Assembly (NCBI GenBank): GCA_051294375.1 | Contig: CM119264.1 | Span: 7,883,301-7,947,300, forward strand | Reading direction: 5' to 3' | Length of the DNA: 64,000 nt | Origin: Paraspadella gotoi | Lineage: Eukaryota; Animalia; Chaetognatha | Shown: in pieces, positions 58,337 through 64,000 of the stretch | Layout: each line of letters opens with the position of its first letter | How positions within the stretch are numbered: position 1 is the stretch's first letter | Program-made: the position numbers and the translations under genes | The notes under the pieces: generated by a model | Database searches by the model: none | The model's input: only the letters and a program-made list of their open reading frames with translations | Told to the model about the DNA's origin: nothing

Positions 58337-58974
58337 TTACTTTCTGTCTTTCTCCCCATTCGCTTGCTCTCTCACGTCTTCTCTCTTATCTCTCTCAAGT
58401 TTTATTGCTGACTCCTTAGGTTAAGGAAAACAATCACGACAACGACGCAAAACAACAAAAACAAAGGAACCCACGAAAACAGAGCACAAGAGAGAATAAA
58501 AGCAAACAGACAATTTAATTTCAATGAATTAAATGAGATAAATATGCGCGCAAATCTGAATGATGTCCCAAGCAAAAAAAAAATTCGCTTCAGGTTTCGA
58601 TTAAATGATAGAGAAGCAAAGAAAGAAACTATAAAAAGAAGTGAGTGTGAGTGTGAGTGTGAGTGTGAGTGTGTGAGACGGTGACTTTTCCCGAAAAAAA
58701 GTCTCACGGGCGACGGAGACGGTTTTTTGTTTCTCTGTGGAATCATTTCCGTCTGTCACTTCACGACGACGACGACGACGACGACGACGACAAACACGAC
58801 GACTCGCTGTCCCCTTCCCCTCGGCCGTCCCTCGTCGATCGTGACACGGCCGCCGATCCGCCGGCCGGCCGGCGACGACGACGACGACGACGACGCCGGC
58901 CGGAGGAAGAGGTCTTCCCGCGTTGTCGCCGGCCGAGCGGAAGGGAGGAAAGGGACGACGACGACAACGACGAC

Positions 58975-59005
<31 letters not shown>

Positions 59006-59067
59006 TTATTGGGTTTGTGGTGAAAAAGACGAATTCCAGAAGGAAGAGAATCGAGTCACGAGTGATT

Positions 59068-59188
59068 CGTGTCACCGATCTCAGTTGCGTGTCACAGGCT
59101 GCTGTCGCGTGTCACTAACTGCAGTGGCGTGTCACACTTACGTGTCACTGAATAAAGCGGCGTGTCATTATGTGCAGTTGCCTGTCAC
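59068..59188. repeat. Degenerate 20-bp periodic array of CGTGTCAC
   Basis: Motif at 59068, 59088, 59108, 59128, 59141, 59161 (variant), 59181 (variant). Confidence 0.8.
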
Positions 59189-59675
59189 TGGCTCTCGTTT
59201 TAAGTCACAAAAATCTCTTCCTAGTCATCGAATTAAGTATTAGTCGTTTCAATGTCGAAACTAACAATGATGTCGTTGCTTGTCATTTCTTGTCGTTGCT
59301 TGTTATTTGATACCATTGCTTGTCAATCTTCTGTGAGGATGAAAAGAACTTCGTGAGTATAGAGACATCACGAAGTAAATAAATCCGTCATAAACTCATT
59401 GCCGTCCAAGCGCTTCTCTCAACAAACTAATCCTTGAATAATCTTGAGTAAATATAAATATTTCAAACTATCGCAAAACGCAGTTTAAGAACGGTTTTCG
59501 TTCTCCACTTGAATGTTCATTAATAACTTTATTGCGAAACGTTAATAATAAACATATTTGTCGGATAATTATCGTCTATTGAGACTGTTTTTCGTTTCGT
59601 CAGAACTATCGTCGTCGTCGTTTCGTCGTCGCGGTCATCGTCGTCGTCGTTGTCTTCGTAGTTTCAACGTTTCGA

Positions 59676-59706
<31 letters not shown>

Positions 59707-60277
59707 ACCATTCGTTCTCAGAATCGTCGACCCCATGGACGTCGTTAGTATCGGAGTTGCTATCGTCATCGTCGTCGTTTCAACGTTTTGATCGTCGTCG
59801 TCGTCGTCGTCGTCGCACGCGCGTCAAAAGTCGCGTGAGGCGTTTGACGCGACCGGGCGATTTGGGACGCGTTTCGCCCGCGATTCCGACGCGCGATTCC
59901 ATTGGTGACTCGTGATTCCATTCGATATTCGTCTCTCGATTCCATCTCTCTTCTTGAACTCAAAGTTCCATTAAAAAAAAATCGCATCCGATCATTTAAT
60001 TCGAAAAAAAAAAAGAACACAAACGGAAGACGAAAATTTGAACTAAGTAAATAATTCTTAAATTTTTAAAATTATTAAACGAAACAATTTTCTGCGCGTC
60101 CTTTTTTTTTCTCCTCGGAAAAAGAAACGATTCGAAAACAGAGGAGAACAAAACAGAAGCGAAAACAAAACAAAGGCGACGTTTTCTCTCGCTTCTTAAG
60201 GCCAACAATGTGGCTTCGTTACGCCTCCAAATTCTGACCTTCGATAACTTGGGCCTTCGTTGGTCATCCGCGCGCCG

Positions 60278-60380
60278 CCAATCACGGCGCCAATCAAAGG
60301 ACCAATCAGTGCCGACGCGGGCGCAATCAGCGCCGTCTCCGGGCCAAGAGATCATCCCTCATCAGCGCGACGTCAATCAA
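60278..60380 (+). promoter_or_regulatory. CCAATCA cluster upstream of the exon at 60645
   Basis: ccaatca at 60278, 60290, 60302; variants at 60323, 60373; GACGTCA nearby. Confidence 0.55.
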
Positions 60381-60544
60381 GAGCCGACTCCCGCCGCCGC
60401 CAAAGTCAGGAGCCGGTGACCGCATCAAAAAAAATCGAGTTTGACCCCGAATCGTCGTCATAACAAAACTCGAAAAATTGTCAAAAAAATTGACGAACTG
60501 AACTTTAGAAAAAATTAAACGAGAAAATAATCAACGCCATTTTC

Positions 60545-60638
<94 letters not shown>

Positions 60639-60644
60639 GGCGAC

Positions 60645-61006
60645 ATGACGCAAACCTCCATCCAGCGTCTCAACAACGCCAATTTGGCCAACGCCTCCGC
60701 GCCCGGCGGACCGGCGACATCTTCCTCCGGAGGAGCGGCCGTTACTGGCGCCCCGAGCCCAGCGTCTTGCGCCGTGGGCGTTCCCGGCGCAACGGCGCTC
60801 TCCGGCGCCCCAGCGGCGTCGCTTCCGGGCGCGAATCCCGGACCCGGACCCCTTAGTCAAAGGCTCCAGGCGATGAGCCAAAACAACCAAATGACGTCGT
60901 CGTCGTCGTCGACAGCGTCGTCGGCGGCGTCGTCTTCCGGCGCCAACGGAGGGGGATGCAACGCCGCGGCGCCCTCGGCTTCGATCGCATCGTCGGAAAA
61001 TTCCGG
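60645..61006 (+). CDS. First coding exon (Ala/Ser/Gly-rich) of an unidentified gene that probably continues beyond the window
   Basis: gacATGa start, 120 open codons, strong donor gg|gtgagt at 61007. Confidence 0.65.
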
Positions 61007-64000
61007 GTGAGTGTGTGTGTTTGTGTTTGTGTGTGTGTTTGTTTGTTTGTTTTTTGTTTCTTTTTTTTTAGCAAGGTCAGAGATTATTTGCGAATTTTAT
61101 TTTTCGTCTTTTTTTTTCGGGCAAGAATATTCGATCCAAAGTTTAGATTAGGATAAATTTATAAAGGAAAAAAAAAATTTGGTTCCTCACCGATTTGAAC
61201 GTTTTACGTAAAACGAAGCAAGCTTTACCTTCAATACGTATTTTTAGGAAATCGGCTGTTTATGTCTGAATTAAACATAACCTTAAGCCTCTGTGTCGAT
61301 GGAAAGTCTGAGGAGAGAGAGAGAGAGAGAGAGAGAGACCTCCCTCGTCCCCATTTTCGCCATCACTCCAATCAACGTCTCCTTTACTTTTTGACGTCCG
61401 CGCAAATTAAGAGTGAAAAACCACCACAATGGTCTCTCGTTAATGTAGCCCTTTTTGTGAATGGAGGGATCAAAGAGAGAGCAGAGTCGCGAGTCATCGA
61501 TTCGTCGCAGCCAATCAGCAGACCCGGCTTTTGGCCAATCGAAAAGGCGCGAACATGACCCCTTCTTTGCAAATCAGTTGTCCGATGGCCGAGGCGGTTA
61601 GTTACATAATGGCTATTAGTCACATACTAGACAATAGAGTAATGTGAAAATGATAAAATTTTAGAAAAGGTTTTTTAAAAATGTAAAAAACTATATTTAA
61701 GACGCCAATTTTCAATTTCCAGTTTAAAAATATAGTTTTATCCTACTTAATGATATAATTTTTGAAAAAAGTTTATATTTTATTTTATCGACTTTTAATG
61801 GGGAATTTGAATCTGTTCTCAGAATTTAAAATAACTATTTAAAAATTTTGACATTATATACGGGTAGTACCATATACAAAATAAGATGACTGGGCTACAA
61901 TATACATAAAAAAACAATTACAGATTAGTATTCAATAATATGATAGTTTTCAAAATATGACTGTTAAATTTTGATTATAAACTTTCACTTCACCCTACTA
62001 GACAATACATAACCTAAGGGAACGAAACGCAATCGCTTTTCCCCTTTTCATTTTAACCACTTTTTGAGGTGATACTTTTTTTTCTACGTAAAAGCGAGAA
62101 GATTAATCAATATTTTCAACGATAGGAACCCATTATCTTCGCCTTCCTCCCTTCCTCTCCATCAATCAGAAAGCGATAATAATCACATTGAGATCAATAA
62201 AAGAGATTTTTAATCTAAGAGATGGAGTCAATTACCAATTACCATATTGCAGTTCGGTAATCGTCCATCGAGTTTATGAAATTGGTGGTTACCTCAAACT
62301 TGTGTCCATTTCATAGATTCGCATGTTTGAAATGCCGGCTTCATCGTTTGTTTGTCCGTTCATTGGTTTCTTCGTTCTTTAGATCCATCGCTCGTTCGCT
62401 AAACGAACTTTTAGTCTTTTACCGAAAATTCTTACGTAAATTCGGTAACTTATTGAATTTGTCGACATCCAACCGAAAATCTGAATCTGATGCCCAAACG
62501 TTCTTTTATTCTTTTTTTTTTTCAGCTTTGAATCTGGTTCGAACCTCGGTAATGAATCGGGTTTAATTTATGCGTTGCCCTAGATATAATTGTAACGTGA
62601 TTGGTGCCTGATTGGATTTTGAATCGAGCTTGATTGGATACCGAATGACGACTGGTTTCGACGCATCTGCGCCTCGCTCTTCTTAAGTATTCTGGTCTGC
62701 GCCTTTTTTCGGGATAAATGTCACGGAGACTAACGTAGACAACTTTTCCTATTAGTTTCACCAACCGATTCTATTTCATTTTTTGGATTTGATTGTTTTC
62801 ATCCCAAAGGTTGACCGCAATAAAAGTGTAAAATACCCCCCCCAAAATACTTTTTTTCCTGAGCTGCTACGTTTCTCCTTTTGAAAGAAAATATTTAAGC
62901 CATTCTTATCCTGAGATTTTTATCAATTTACTTTGGAAAAAAGCGGTACCTGACACCGCTTGATTAAAAAGCAATCAAATCTATCTTATGTATCTATCCA
63001 AGCTAACCTTCACTATTGACTTAAACTTTCCCATTTTTAAGTTTTGGTCGTCGATAAAAAAAAAGGTTATTACTCATTTTCGTTGGGTTTTTTTCTACTG
63101 GTTTGACAAAACATTTAAATGAATTAAAAACGGACCTAAATAAATAATTTTTTTTCAATTTATTATAAAACTATAGGTTTAAGTTATAAGTAAAATAAGT
63201 AAAAAAAAATTATTAAATATTTTTATTCTTGTTCTGCTGTATCTTTTTTGATCAAGATTAATTTTTGACGAAAAAAAAAGTACTGTTTAATAATTTCCGA
63301 GCTAATTTCGAACGTATCTAATATTAAAAAAAGTAAGCGAGATGATTGCAAAACAAAAAAAGAAAGAAAGAAAGAAAGAAAGAAAGAATAAGAAAAGAAA
63401 AGAAAAGGAAATTGTTCGTCCTTTGTTTCGGAACGTTACAAACAGCCGATGGAGAGAGAGAAAAAAAGAAAGACAAGTTGGATGATGACGAGAAAAGTAA
63501 AGAGAGAGAAATTGGGAAATATGACGAAGGAAGGAAGGAATCGGAGAAAGGAGGAAAGGAAAGGAGGAATGAATCGGAGAAAGGATAACTCGGAGGAAAG
63601 GAAAGGAGGAAGGAATCTGAGAAAGGATTTAGGAAAAAAGAGAGAAAAAGTTGACTCATTTCTTCTTCTATTTTCACATCACATCCATAAGAAGTTTTTT
63701 TCTTTTGCATCTAGTCCCTTCTTCATCTCTATTGTTATTTTTTTTAAAAAATATATCATTTTCTCCCAATTAGTTCCCCACATATTTTTTTTAATTTCTC
63801 ATTGGGATTTTTTTTCTTTCTAAGTTTATTTGTATTTCATGAAATTGGTACAACTCAATATAAAATTATCCCGACTTTTGGTGATTTAAGGCCTCTATCA
63901 CTCTTACAAGATAATGACATAGCAGGTCCCTGCAAGCCTTCAATCAAGACTCTCTCACAGTCTCGTTTATTCACTCCCAGAGTACCTGGCTTCCCTATCA

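Overview
Eukaryotic (invertebrate animal) genomic DNA with GC-rich exons, AT-rich introns and many (GA)n/(GAAA)n/(GAC)n microsatellites; the species cannot be determined from the sequence. Spliced genes reconstructed by hand, left to right: eIF4G2/DAP5/NAT1 (+, 5' end outside the window), a FAM78-family gene (-), three tandem troponin I genes (-), a CXorf58-like gene (-) head-to-head with PLEKHM2/SKIP (+), a GPI-anchored three-finger (Ly6/uPAR) protein with a His-rich loop (+), an aquaglyceroporin (+), and first exons of an unidentified gene running off the right edge. A ~2.6 kb block (eIF4G2 and FAM78 3' ends) is present twice, probably as two haplotypes assembled in tandem. This exposes empty versus filled sites for a hAT-type element and a non-autonomous DIRS1-like element. 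Most notable: a ~250-nt highly structured intronic element (4 copies, compensatory changes), a second ~295-nt pseudoknotted intronic element, minimal hammerhead ribozymes, a candidate H/ACA snoRNA, the His-rich three-finger protein missed by the ORF track, a His at the aquaporin ar/R filter, and candidate mutually exclusive exons and a non-AUG start in eIF4G2. All family assignments come from remembered motifs, not database searches.
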